Shown here in pieces: positions 1-14,359 of a DNA stretch of 64,000 nucleotides. The number at the start of each line of letters is the position of its first letter. Within the stretch, counting starts at the first letter, position 1. A model generated the notes under the pieces. It saw nothing but the letters and a program-made list of their open reading frames with translations, searched no databases and was not told the origin of the DNA. A program made the translations under genes and the position numbers. The DNA is from Eledone cirrhosa (taxonomy: Eukaryota): NCBI GenBank assembly GCA_964016885.1, contig OZ024743.1, positions 363,630,001 through 363,694,000 of the forward strand, read 5' to 3'.

Positions 1-69
1 AGGTTGACCATACGGAATGACCAGTTCTATCCAGTGGTGAACCAACATACCTAAATAAATATATATATA

Positions 70-511
70 TAAATTAAATTAAGGTTGTCATGTCTGAGAT
101 ACATGCGCCATATTCACTGCAGAATAAGCTCAAAGATTCCAATGAATAGATCCGAGCATTTTATATCAACTAGAAATATATTGACACATATATATATATA
201 TAAAATAAACACATGCTGTGATTTACTGGTTAATTGGTGAAATATATTTTTTATTTAAAGAAATATATACAAAGGAGATTAATCATTTTAAAAGGTATCT
301 ATATTTGAAGTTCTAGTTAAACTTTAATTACCTAACTACCTAACACACTTTACAAATTATTCCCTGAGATGGTTTCATGTGTTTATTTTTTATATATACA
401 TGTGTCAATATATTTCTAGTTGATATAAAATGCTCGGATCTATTTATTGGAATCTTTGAGCTTATTCTGCAGTGAATATGGCGCATGTCTCTCAGACATG
501 ACAACCTTAAT

Positions 512-518
<7 letters not shown>
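70..518. repeat. Fold-back repeat element: ~145 bp inverted arms (70-215 / 376-518) flanked by (TA)n; same family as 2930-3420/4897-4960 and fragment 26140-26180
   Basis: aaattaaattaaggttgtcatgtctgaga...aaacacatg is the reverse complement of catgtgttt...tctcagacatgacaaccttaatttaattt; the spacer aligns with 3252-3420. Confidence 0.8.
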
Positions 519-794
<276 letters not shown>

Positions 795-799
795 ATATA

Positions 800-1025
800 T
801 AAAAATAAGTAAAGACCCACTTCTTTCATGAGGGTCCATGGGGTTTATTCCTAGAAATTTCTCCCCATCCCCCAAGGCATGCCAGACAAGATCTGCAAAA
901 CCTGCAGTCAGCCATACATACTAGCCACTAGCCTCCCTCTCCACGCTTCTTCCAATGTTGTTCTAGGCAAAGGCAAAGGTCGATACAGCTTGATACCAGT
1001 GACGTCACAACACATTTCTGCAGTG

Positions 1026-1071
<46 letters not shown>

Positions 1072-1197
1072 CATATTCTGAGTGAACAGGAACAACGTCA
1101 AATATAATGTCTTCCTCAAGGACACAATGCATCAATCGACTGCACAACCCCAGGATTGTGAATCCAACTCTTTAACTACTAACCCACTCACCTTCAC
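800..1197 (-). mobile_element. Degenerate tRNA-derived SINE split by a (TA)n tract
   Basis: Similar to 43121-43343 (gtcttcctcaaggacaca; gattgtgaatcc; taactactaa). Confidence 0.45.
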
Positions 1198-1199
1198 AT

Positions 1200-1257
<58 letters not shown>

Positions 1258-1269
1258 GTGTGGGTGGGG

Positions 1270-2480
1270 GGAGCTAGATAAGGCTTTAGATTTCGCTAGT
1301 AATTTCACTAATATATATGATTTAGTTCGTTTAGTAATATCCCTCTGTAGAAAAACGGCCCCCTTTAATAAGTAGGGATCTTCGGCAAAGAAATCCATTA
1401 CCATTGGTTTATTTAATGTACCGATGGGATCATTTGGCAGTGCTAATGTATGCGATTTGGTGGGCATATTTATCTTAGATACCCTCCCCTGATTTCCATA
1501 CGGGTCTATACCGTGACGATGGTTTGGCACTGTTGAGCCATAAATGTGACCATGTCCTCGACACATTTAGAAAGAATCTGATAACCACATTTAGTTATCT
1601 AGGACTAAAAGTTAAAACATCTACCAACCTCAGCAGTGTTAATTTCTTAGACGTTAACTTAGACTTACGCACACGCACATTCAGACACTTTCACAAACCC
1701 AGTGAAAAACCTAAGTACATTCACAAGTATTGTAGTCACCCACATATAATCTTCTAAAATCTTAACAATAATTGATTCTACTTTTGGCACAAGGCCAGCA
1801 TTTACCCAATTCATTACTGGTACTTTATTTTATCGACCCCGTAAGGATGAAAGGCAAAGTTAACCTCGGTGGGATTTGAACTCAGATTGGAAAGGGCCGT
1901 AACTCTATGCGTCAAAGCATGGCGTCCGACCCTCTACCGATACTGCCAATCCATCAATATTAACGATAATTGTTTCTACGTTAGGCACAAGGCCATCAAT
2001 TAGCCAGTGTATTACTGGTACTTTATTTTATCGACCCCGTAAGGATGAAAGGCAAAGTTAACCTCGGCGGGATTTGAACTCAGAATGGTAAGGGCCGTAA
2101 CTCTATGCGCCAAAGCATGGCATCCGACACTCTACCAATACTGCCAATCCACCGCCTATATTAACGATAATATCAGCAATTTGGTATCCAACTTCTCTTC
2201 TAGCAAAGCTATCTTTGACGGGGTAGCCCTTTACTACAAAGCAACAGCGGATTCTTCGAAAAAGTTTCTTACTTTCTAAATCACCGCCTTATATCCAAAA
2301 AGAAAAAAATCTAGGTATAAAGGCGTTGTGTGGTTTGTGCCATCTTTCGCGCTCAACGTTAAGATTAACGTAAGTAGAAATTTCCTAGCACTTTTAGATT
2401 CACATTTTCCCGTAGGCCATAAATACCGGCAGGTTTTTAACCACCACACAGTCGAAATAGGCTACCCATGTTCTAAAATT
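1270..2480 (+). pseudogene. Penelope-like element reverse transcriptase fragment, interrupted by two SINEs
   Basis: Reads GLFNVPMGSFGSANVCDLVG, a degenerate RDDGL, VNFLDVNLDL..KP..YIHKYCSHP (ORF 1524-1757), then VVWFVPSFALNVKINVSRNFLALLDSHFP after the SINEs; typical PLE RT/thumb/linker motifs with stops. Confidence 0.8.
1764..2158 (-). mobile_element. Two tandem Nin-domain SINE copies
   Basis: Minus strand has gagttcaaatccc(g/a)ccgaggttaactttgcctttcatccttacggggtcgataaaataaagtaccagt twice; ttaac(a/g)ataat recurs at 1762, 1960 and 2161. Confidence 0.75.
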
Positions 2481-2671
2481 ATGAAAAAATGAAAACAGAA
2501 ACAATACCTATAATGATAGGTGCTCTCGGAATGATAAAAACACACACAGACAAATACATAGCCAAAACCCCAGGACCTACAAATATATACAGCATACAAA
2601 AGTTAGCACTACTAGGCACTGCACACATATTACAAAAAGTACTATCAATAAAATCTTCGACTTGCATTTGA
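2480..2671 (+). pseudogene. 3' end fragment of an R4/Dong-like LINE (restriction-like endonuclease C-terminus)
   Basis: TIPIMIGALGMI...IQKLALLGTAHILQKVLSI parallels IPIVIGALGTI...LQKACLLGTARTLRYVLNI of the element at 32397-35190. Confidence 0.7.
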
Positions 2672-2689
2672 TAGGTTTGACGCCGAGTG

Positions 2690-2900
2690 CTGCATGGATG
2701 GAATGAAAATAAGTGCTGCGAAAACTGAGACTCTCGTCCTCTTAAGGAAGTCTGCGCAGTGAATAGAGTTCCAGTGAAGAAAGTAGAATAGTTCAAGTAC
2801 CTCGGGGCCGTATTCACGTGTGATGGAAGTCAGCAGGCTGAATTAAGTGCAAACATTGCAAAAGCTTGTGCGGTAATGCGCTAGGTTCAGCATTCACAAA
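2690..2900 (+). pseudogene. Short RTE/RTEX-type RT C-terminal fragment
   Basis: KTETLV...KKVE*FKYLGAVFTCDG...IAKA motif. Confidence 0.5.
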
Positions 2901-3422
2901 CAAAATAGAATTTCTACTCTAAAATAGAATCTTTGAGTTTCTTCTACAGGTGGTATGGCACGTGTTTCTGATATTCTCAGATATGACATCTTTAATTTTG
3001 TTAGTATTTGCGGCTCCTAAATATTTTGTTAGCAGAGCTGTTTCTGTTGAAAGACCTCGGCTGCTATTTCTAGCTGTCGATAAGCCTATTCATGTCACTG
3101 GGTTGACGGCAGGGTGATGTGTATTTTTCCAAACCACATGTGCTTTTCGTCGTTTTTCCTTGATTTGTTCTTAGGGTGTGATCATAGATAGTTTTAAATC
3201 TTCTCCTTTGCTGACGATCCAAGATATAACATCTATGACTCGGATATTAATGGTGAAATATATTTCTTTAATGGAATATATACAAAGGAGATTAATCATT
3301 ATTGCAAGTTATCTGTATTCAGAGTTCTCGTTAAATTTTAATGTTACCTCCGTAACTATGTGTGTTACATTCTTTACAAATTATCCCCTGTCAATATTTG
3401 ATATGTTTATTTTATATATATA

Positions 3423-4896
3423 CTAGCAGTGGTACTCGGCGTTGCACGGGATAAGGTATTTTGGAACGTGGGCAGCCAACAGATCTGATCGTGGAAAAAC
3501 TGCATGCCTCGACAATATGTAAAGAAAATAAACCGAATACTCTGATGGCTGGATAATCTTTAAGATTTTCCTCGATGATGCAGGAAAAGTGCAGGTTTTC
3601 ACCTAATGCGGGGCATCAAGAAAATGAATTTGTTTTATGTGCATAATATGCCTTGAAATTTCGGGAAAATCGGCTAGACGTAACGCCTAAAAAAAGTCCT
3701 AAAAAGCTGAAAAAATGAAGTTTTTCACCTAATGCGCGCCCTAAGCCATAAAAAAGTGGGATTTTCTTTGCTCACGGTATGAAAAAGAGACTGACTAATA
3801 CATAGTTACAATTTCAAGGAAATCGGTCTGACGTAACGCCTCAAAATACCACTAAAAAGCTGAAAAAACGCAGTTTTTCCCCTGTAATGCAGACAGCTAG
3901 ACATACAGACAGATATTATAAGGGTGCGACGTTATAAGTATGTATCTATCTAAAAAGAGAAAGACTAAGAACTATAGAAAGAGATCGCTAAATCTCCTAA
4001 TGCGGTCCCTAGGGCATTGAAAATTTGAAATTTTTATTGCTCAGAACACACCCTGAATCATAAGTATTACATGTGTAAAGTTTGAAAACAGTCGGTTGGG
4101 TGCTTCTCAAATGCACGTAAGTAAGCAACACTGTGAGAACTGAAGCTATTACAGCGATGTTTTTCTTTACCGGCTTTAATTTTTAGTGTTGTGTGAAATA
4201 TATAACCTGCCAACCTGATTTTTGAATCGCAGTAGGATCGACTTTATTTCACTCGCTCCACTGAAAGTTGGATTTTCTTTGCTCACGGTATGAAGAAGAG
4301 ACTGACTAATACATAGTTACCGGCTTTCATTTTTAGTGTTGTGTGAAATATATAACCGCCTTAGCTAAGCTTAGTATTGCCACAACCACGGCTAGCAAAG
4401 AAGTAAGGGTCTGGTGGTACGTAAGTAAGCAACACTGTGGCTTAAAACGTGAGGAAGAAGTTGTGTGCACTTAGCAACTGTTTGGGGAATGAGTGTGAGA
4501 TTTGTCTTGAGCAAGGGTGGCAGAATAACTGGAGGCAGCAGACAGCCAGACATTCAGACAGATATTATAAGGGCGAGTTCTGGACGTAGATGGAATTGTG
4601 GGAAGTGACGTAATGCAGACAGCCAGACATACAGACATATTTTATTAGGGTGCGACGTTATATGTATGTATCTATCTAAAAAGAGAACGACTAAGAATTA
4701 TAGAGAGAGATCGCTAAATCGCCTAATGCGGTCCCTAGGGCATTGAAAATTTGAAATTTTCTTTGCTGAGAACACTCCCTGAAACATAAGTATTACATGT
4801 GTAAAGTTTGAAAACAGTCGGTTGGGTGCTTCTCGAGTTTTAGGGATTCAAACTCACACACACACAAACAGACATCATCAGTTTTATATATATAGA
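3423..4896 (-). mobile_element. Non-autonomous Helitron (~1.47 kb)
   Basis: Minus strand starts TCTATATATATAAAA (4896) and ends cccgtgcaacgccgagtaccactgCTAG (3423) with a subterminal GC hairpin; inserted between A and T with no TSD; internal direct repeats (~3885-4110 vs ~4610-4835). Confidence 0.75.
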
Positions 4897-5526
4897 TGTC
4901 TATCGACGGATTTATTCCTTAGAATCCTTATGCTTCTTCTACAAGTGGTATGGCGCATATATATATATACCTGACCACGACGCCAAGCGGTTTCGGCTTG
5001 TGTTCAGCAAGCCTTTCCGGGTGTGTCCTGGGGTTAAGAAGAATATGTTTTCTCTTTGGTATTTATGTGGGATATGTTAAATTAGGTCACTAGCTGGTAT
5101 GGTGGTGCTGTGATCAAAATTGTCATTATGATAGGCTGGCAGAGAAATCTTGCACTAGGCTAAGGGAGAGGGTGGGGGGTGAAGGTGAAGGATGCGTGGG
5201 AGCCAGAGAATGTTAGGTGCATCTATGCAGATTGGGGGTCAGGGAAAGGAAATAACGTGTAGGAGTGGAGTAAGAGAATATGTATAATGGCTAAAGGAAC
5301 AGAAGGTGGAGTAAGTGAAGGATAAGACTATCACAGAGCTTAGAAGGTAAAGAGATATTGTTAAGAAATTATAAAATAGATTATATAGAAGTAAATAAAT
5401 AAATAAATAAATTAGAAAGTAAATGGGGAAATAGGACTAAATAAAATTTCAAGAATTTAAGAATACATAGTTAAGTAAATAATAGGGGTGGGTGACTTGT
5501 AATAAAATGTGCATATTATGTATGTA

Positions 5527-5626
5527 TACTTTAGGCACAAGGCCAGCAAATACCCAGTGCATTACTGGTACGATAAAATAAAGTACCAGTAATGCACTGG
5601 TAATTGCTGGCCTTGTGCCTAAAGTA
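5527..5626. repeat. Fold-back of a Nin-SINE 3' end
   Basis: ~44 bp arms actttaggcacaaggccagc...actggtac / gtaccagt...gctggccttgtgcctaaagt around an 11 nt spacer. Confidence 0.75.
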
Positions 5627-6701
5627 GAAACAATTATGTATGTATACAACAAGCATACATACACACACATGCATATATGTATACAAATACACACATATGA
5701 CCTATGTATGCATGGAAAAACAAGAGGGTGCAATAACAGGAAGTTGTATTAGTTTCACGCTTGGAGAAAGAAGAGTTACATAGTCAATATATGGGGCATT
5801 TGCCCTTCATCAGGAAAAACACAAAAGGAAAAGTGCAAAGAAAATACAAATAAAAAATAAAAAAGTTTGTTGAAATAAAATTAGAAAGAAAATAAAAAAT
5901 AAAAAAAGGAGAGGAGTTGTGGTCCGGTGTGCGGTTGTGAGGGTCGGGGTGAGGGTGCAGTCCTGTAGTTGGTGGTTGTGTGTGGGTGGGATGCATATTA
6001 CGATGCGTGGGGGCGGGGTAAGTGTGTTTTTGGTGGAAGTGTGTGTGTGTGTGTGTGTGTGAATGTGTTTACACATGCGTCCGTACAAACACGCACACAA
6101 GCACCCGCATGTGTGCACACGTACACAACCGTGTCCTCGTACGAGCACTCACGTATATGTGTGCGTATGTATATTAGTAGGTGTGTTTGACAGCGATGTG
6201 TGGTTGTTCGTGTGTATTGTATTGTTGCATGTATTGTTGTATGCATGTCTGTGTGTGTGTGTGTGTGTATGTGTGTGTTTGTGTGCACGGCAGGTGTGGG
6301 CTGGGTTTTAATATCTAGTATGGTACGAGATGGGTTTTCGATTCCAGGCTGGTAAATCCAAAGTCAGGAATGGCCGTTTGCAAAATGGAAGAGAAATGAA
6401 TTGTAGGTAGTTCCAAGGAGTGTGTGGCTGCGCGAGCGCGCGTGTGTGCATGTGCGTTCTAAGGAAGAACTAATGGGTGGGGTGAGTTATATTCAGCGGT
6501 CAGATAGAGTGTAATAGATGGAGATTCAAGGAGTGTGTGGTAGATGAGGAGGAGAATCAGTGTGACAGAGTCGGCGTCACCAGGGCGAATGATGCGGATA
6601 GTGTGGCAGTAGTGGTGGCGTTGGTGGTATGTGTATATGATGTGTGGTGGTGGTAGTGGTGGTTGTAGTGTTGGTGATGCGTCAGCGTGCAGATGTACAA
6701 G

Positions 6702-6807
<106 letters not shown>

Positions 6808-6811
6808 TATG

Positions 6812-6923
<112 letters not shown>

Positions 6924-7016
6924 TAAGTTAAAAATGTACATCTACATATGCATACTGAAATACTAGTATGCATATGAATACACACACGATTCTCCAGAAA
7001 GGCCGGTAGATAGGTA

Positions 7017-7061
7017 AATATTGCTGATGAGTTGTAACAACAACGAAACTAGTTCAATATT
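7017..7061 (+). ncRNA. Minimal type-I hammerhead ribozyme (family A)
   Basis: aauauug-CUGAUGA-guugu(aaca)acaac-GAAA-cuag-UU-caauauu; stem I 7 bp, stem II 5 bp, palindromic helix III ACUAGU. Confidence 0.8.
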
Positions 7062-7486
7062 CCTTGTCTGGCTTTCTGTAGAATAGAGGAAAGGTGTTTC
7101 CTCAAAAACCAGTATGACTCTAAAAACCGGTTTGTCTGTGTGTTTACATACAGAATAGCTGGATACTCACAGTAAAGTAACCAGTGAAAGACTTGGTACA
7201 TCTACATATGTATACGTGTGTGTATTCATATGCATACTAGTATTTCAGTATGCATATGTAGATGTACATTTTTAACTTAATTGTTTAAGCGTCAGTCATA
7301 CAAAAGTGAGTTACAAACGAAACGAAATTTAATTTCGTTTCGTTATTTGTTTTTATCGTCTCCGTTGAACCGGTACGTACTCACACTCTATGCAAATTAG
7401 TCTGCCCACTACTAATTTTCATAGAAAAAGCATATAACGATATGTGCTTTTACGATTCTCCAGAAAGGCCGGTAGATAGGTAAATA

Positions 7487-7531
7487 AATATTGCTGATGA
7501 GTTGTAACAACAACGAAACTAGTTCAATATT
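7487..7531 (+). ncRNA. Minimal type-I hammerhead ribozyme (family A, copy 2)
   Basis: Identical to 7017-7061. Confidence 0.8.
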
Positions 7532-7819
7532 CCTTGTCTGGCTTTCTGGAGAATAGAGGAAAGGTGTTTCCTCAAAAACCAGTATGACTCTAAAAACCGG
7601 TTTGTCTGTGTGTTTACATACAGAATAGCTGGATACTCACAGTAAAGTAACCAGTGAAAGACTTGGTACATCTACATATGTATACGTGTGTGTATTCATA
7701 TGCATACTAGTATTTCAGTATGCATATGTAGATGTACATTTTTAACTTAATTGTTTAAGCGTCAGTCATACAAAAGTGAGTTACAAACGAAACGAAATTT
7801 AATTTTTTTTCGTTATTTG

Positions 7820-7893
<74 letters not shown>

Positions 7894-8054
7894 GAAATTG
7901 AACGGGAACAAAACAGAGAGGCAGTACGAACAAAGGTTTATTAGTTTCACGCTCCCTCTCTCTCTCTATATATATATATATAAAACAGACAACGCAGGAG
8001 TAAATGTTGCAAATAGTATTAGTTACACGCTTAGTGAGAGGGAGGTGTGGTTGC

Positions 8055-8082
8055 GACGTTTCGGGCATGAACCCTTCATCAG
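8055..8082 (-). ncRNA. Hammerhead core with weak stem I
   Basis: CUGAUGA-aggg(uucaug)ccc-GAAA-cg-UC; flanks pair poorly. Confidence 0.45.
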
Positions 8083-8419
8083 GAGAGTGGGAGGAGGAAC
8101 TCCGAAATGGAGTAAGGGGCGAGATAGCAAGAAAAAAGAGATAAAAATAAAACATGAAATGGAAAACAAAAGTTAAAATAAAAGTTATAAAATGGTGAGA
8201 GGGGTGTAGGGATCGGGGAGGGCACGGGTGTGGGGTGAATGGAGGGGGAGGGCGGAATATGAGGTGTGTGTTTGTGTGTGTGTATGTAGATGTACGTGTG
8301 TGTGTCTGTGTGTATGCGTGGATATAAGCGTGAGAGTCTGGGGAAGAACGGGTGTACGTGCTTGTGGGTTTTGAAAAACCATTGTGTATGTTTGTGTATG
8401 TATAGTCTCTGTATAGGTG

Positions 8420-8485
<66 letters not shown>

Positions 8486-8980
8486 TGTGTGTGTGTATGT
8501 GTGCCTGTAGACACATACAGTCGCACATGCATACATACAAACACATATGTCCGTACGTGTGCCATACAAATGGTGGAAGCATAAGTATAAAAGACGGAAG
8601 TGGTTGAGGTGAGAGTAACTATACACAAGAACTCCTAGAAATGGGAGATGAATAGATGGAATGGTATTTTAAAGGGTTTCAAATTCATGTTTAGGAATGC
8701 ATAAATAAATCATTCAATTAGTAATAAAAGAAATAAAATAAAATAAAACTTATGGATAATTAAATGAAGAATGTATGTTTATTATGTACATATTCTACAC
8801 GCATATGCATACAGACACACATGCACACCCTAATGTATATGCATTGATACATATACATACGTATGTATGTATATATAGCTGACCTACAGTAACTTGAGGT
8901 TACAATCCCTAAACTATATTTATATATATTGTATATATTTTATATATATATATATATTGAGCATGTATATAAATATATAT

Positions 8981-9012
<32 letters not shown>

Positions 9013-9176
9013 GCAGACCCATCGAAACCGGTCATTTTTTATACCCTTTATTATTTCCTTACCTTATAAAATTATATGTTTTTTCACAAAAAAGTATTCT
9101 GTCTCTTATATATTCCATGTGCCATTACCAACCTCAATTTTCTCTATAACCTTCGTTTTGTGTAGTAAATTACACT

Positions 9177-10280
<1,104 letters not shown>

Positions 10281-10365
10281 TATATATATATTTATATATA
10301 TATATATTTATATATATATATATTTATATATATTGTGTATGTATGTATATACATATATATATATG

Positions 10366-10572
10366 TGAGTAAAACCACAGACCCTCCATCTCAACTCTAC
10401 TTTTGAAAAGCAGAAGAACTGGGAAACCGGTAAAGGAACCAAATAAATATATATATTTTTTTAAATAAGACTCCAGTTGCATTTTCGATTTCATCTTTTT
10501 TCCTTTATACTTTCACTCGTGTAGGACACCTCGGTTGTTTTTCATTTTGTAAAAAAAACCTCACTTTCTAAT
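10366..10572 (+). mobile_element. Repeat family F with an HHR 3' half; fold-back copy at 23577-23935
   Basis: aaaaccaca..ccctccatc..tctacttttgaaaagc..gaactggGAAAccggTAaaggaaccaaataaa is shared with 23805-23935. Confidence 0.65.
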
Positions 10573-10575
10573 ATA

Positions 10576-10674
<99 letters not shown>

Positions 10675-11078
10675 CTCATAGTCCTCAATGAAATATGTAT
10701 AACGGAGTTTTAAATAAACCTGAATCAACTGCATATGGCCTCCGATCGTCTATATATATATATATATATATATATAAATATATAAAAACAAATAACGAAA
10801 CGAAATTAAATTTCGTTTCGTTTGTAACTCACTTTTGTATGACTGACGCTTAAACAATTAAGTTAAAGATGTACATCCATATATGTATACTGAAATACTA
10901 GTATGTATATGAATACACACACGTATACATATGTAGATGTACCAAGTTTTTTTCACTGGTCACTTTACTGTGAGTGGCCAGCTATTCTGTATGTAAACAC
11001 ACAGACAAACCGGTTTTTAGAGTCATACTGGTTTTTGAGGAAACACCTTTCCTCTATTCTCCAGAAAGCCAGACAAGG

Positions 11079-11123
11079 AATATTGAACTAGTTTCGTTGT
11101 TGTTACAACTCATCAGCAATATT
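11079..11123 (-). ncRNA. Minimal hammerhead ribozyme (family A)
   Basis: Reverse complement of the 7017-7061 motif. Confidence 0.8.
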
Positions 11124-11917
11124 TACCTATCTTCCGGCCTCTCTAGAGAATCGTAAAAGCACATATCGTTATATGCTTTTTCTATGAAAATTAGTAGTGG
11201 GCAGACCAACTTGCATAGAGTGTGAGTAAGTACCGGTTTAACGGAGACGATAAAAACAAATAACGAAACGAAATTAAATTTCGTTTCGTTTGTAACTCAC
11301 TTTTGTATGACTGACGCTTAAACAATTAAGTTAAAGATGTACATCCATATATGTATACTGAAATACTAGTATGTATATGAATACACACACGTATACATAT
11401 GTAGATGTACCAAGTTTTTTTCACTGGTCACTTTACTGTGAGTGGCCAGCTATTCTGTATGTAAACACACAGACAAACCGGTTTTTAGAGTCATACTGGT
11501 TTTTGAGGAAACACCTTTCCTCTATTCTCCAGAAAGCCAGACAAGTATGACTCTAAAAACCGGTTTGTCTGTGTGTTTACATACAGAATAGCTGGCCACT
11601 CACAGTAAAGTGACCAGTGAAAAAAACTTGGTACATCTACATATGTATACGTGTGTGTATTCATATACATACTAGTATTTCAGTATACATATATGGATGT
11701 ACATCTTTAACTTAATTGTTTAAGCGTCAGTCATACAAAAGTGAGTTACAAACGAAACGAAATTTAATTTCGTTTCGTTATTTGTTTTTATCGTCTCCGT
11801 TAAACCGGTACTTACTCACACTCTATGCAAGTTGGTCTGCCCACTACTAATTTTCATAGAAAAAGCATATAACGATATGTGCTTTTACGATTCTCTAGAG
11901 AGGCCGGAAGATAGGTA

Positions 11918-11962
11918 AATATTGCTGATGAGTTGTAACAACAACGAAACTAGTTCAATATT
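11918..11962 (+). ncRNA. Minimal hammerhead ribozyme (family A)
   Basis: aatattgCTGATGAgttgtaacaacaacGAAActagTTcaatatt. Confidence 0.8.
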
Positions 11963-12190
11963 CCTTGTCTGGCTTTCTGGAGAATAGAGGAAAGGTGTTT
12001 CCTCAAAAACCAGTATGACTCTAAAAACCGGTTTGTCTGTGTGTTTACATACAGAATAGCTGGCCACTCACAGTAAAGTGACCAGTGAAAAAAACTTGGT
12101 ACATCTACATATGTATACGTGTGTGTATTCATATACATACTAGTATTTCAGTATACATATATGGATGTACATCTTTAACTTAATTGTATA

Positions 12191-12283
<93 letters not shown>

Positions 12284-13169
12284 GCATATGCATATACATA
12301 TACACACACATTCCTACATGCATACACACCGGCAAGTATATGTTCGTATTTATACGATATAAATCGTATTTACTATGGACACACATAAATGTGATTCACA
12401 TATATCTGCGCTCACATGTATTGCGTGTATAGACTATAAAGGCATAATAAGCGTGTATTCATGCTCAGCAAGCACATATCCCAAATATGCATAGATTTAC
12501 ATAATAAAAATATATATTTACATTTCTAATGCAAATCGTACATATATTTGTGTCACATTTACCTGCATGCATGACAATTACAAAAGCACTAGCTACAGAT
12601 CCGTATATTTATGTATACGTATATACTCTGGACGCATGCGCAACAACCTGCGTCATACACATATAAATGGGCACATGTCGTGCATCCAAGCATACACACA
12701 CACATATATACATATATATATACACATTTATGCAAATACATACTAGCACACACACATACGTGCTTGTGTACATCATACACACACATATATATACATATAT
12801 ATGTACGTGCTCCATTTATACATCCATGCAAAAAAAAAACAGAGATGAAGAGGTGGTAAAATTGTCTACCCACATACACATAGGACGTATTGTATGGAAA
12901 AGGAAACTTACGAGGTAAGTAGTGACTGGTTGATGATACATGTGAGGAGTGGAGGCGTGAGACGTGGTCCCTTCCCACTATATAGTAAGAGACGCTAGCA
13001 GCCAAAGTGTATGATAATGTTATATATCTAAATTAATTACCAACATGATCGCTAATACTGTGTAAATTAGAATGTCCATTTCAAAAAAAAAACTAAGAGC
13101 GAAGGAGTATACCCATCAAATACATGTTTCTTTGTGGTTAATTGGATGATATACACGTCTTCGAGTGAA

Positions 13170-13511
13170 GGCGAGTGGCTTTATGGTTAGGGTATTCGGC
13201 TCACAATCGTAAGGTTGTGAGTTCGATTCCCGGTGGTGCGTTGTGTCCTTGAGAAAGACACTTTACTTCACCTTCATCATGTCCACTCAGCTGACAAAAA
13301 TGAGTTGTACCTGTAGTTCGAATGACCATCCTTGTCACATGGTGTGTCACGCCGAATCTTCCTGAGATCTACGTTAAGGGTACGTGTGTCTGTGGAATGC
13401 TCAGCCACATGCACGTTAATTTCACGACCAGGTTATTCCGTTGATCGGATCAACTGAAACACTCAACGTCGCAACAGACGGAGTGCCTCTAACATGTAAT
13501 TCAATTCTAGC
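13170..13511 (+). mobile_element. tRNA-derived SINE
   Basis: A-box-like tggctttatgg and B-box gttcgattcc; body gttgtgtccttgagaaagacactttac; atacacgtcttc duplicated at 13151 and 13512. Confidence 0.8.
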
Positions 13512-14297
13512 ATACACGTCTTCTGATGAAGGTTCAATAAAATCCTGAAATCCATTAATAGTGTCTCATATTTTTTCAATTTACATGGAAATTCGTATTT
13601 TCTGGCACATTTACATGCCTACGTATTAGATATGTGTATATATTTATACACGTTAGTGAAGTCTCGGTTACACACGGTTTCTAAGATCTTTGCTGAGTCA
13701 GCACTGGTGGGCAACACGAGAGGGAAGAGGTCTAAGAAACTGTATAATCGCTAGTATTGCTTATCTTCCAGGCCTGAAAGATAAGCAATTAGTGAATATA
13801 CGATCACTAAGACCCATACTAGGGTAGGCTTTGAAACCTTATGTAGTATGCAGCTGTTTTGAAAATTCATTCATAATAACATTCTTTAGCTTTGTACTTA
13901 ACTTAGAACACTCTTGTTCCTTTATTTCGCTTACGGAACTCTTGACACTAAATATACATATATATAGCACACATTATACCCATCTATGAACTCAACAGTT
14001 AAGGAGTAGCAAATTTAAGACTGAAAGTTATTTGTCACTAATACACTTGGTCATCTCAATGTAAAAAACAAGCATTTAATACGTAGTTTATCTAATGGTA
14101 AAACATCCATTGGGGGAATACAAGCCAGACAAACTAATATTAGAAAGTTGGCTGTCTTAATTTATTGGGATAATTAATATTGTTTCTTAATTCATGAAAC
14201 TGCAGTTAGGGATATGATACGAGTGAAACTTTCTAATATTAGTTTATTAGTTTGTCTAGCTTGTACTCCCCAGTGGGTCTTTTGGCATTAGATAAAC

Positions 14298-14330
<33 letters not shown>

Positions 14331-14359
14331 TGTATGTATGTATGTATGTATGTATGTAT

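Larger units (their letters stand above)
10783..12187. mobile_element. Family A array arranged as a giant palindrome (arms 10854-11497 / 11544-12187, 46 bp spacer)
   Basis: Identical ORFs on opposite strands (10903-11091+ / 11950-12138-) give a symmetry centre at 11520.5; HHRs at 11079-11123(-) and 11918-11962(+); (TA)n flanks. Confidence 0.9.

Noticed and set aside
5745-5815. HHR on the minus strand (CTGATGAagggcaaatgccc)
   Set aside because: GAAA is not adjacent to stem II and no stem I pairing was found
10903-12138. Identical 60-62 aa ORFs on both strands
   Set aside because: A by-product of the palindrome; no protein motif
13170-13245. tRNA gene (also 43270-43343 and 44462-44530)
   Set aside because: A/B boxes present but followed by SINE body and no intact cloverleaf
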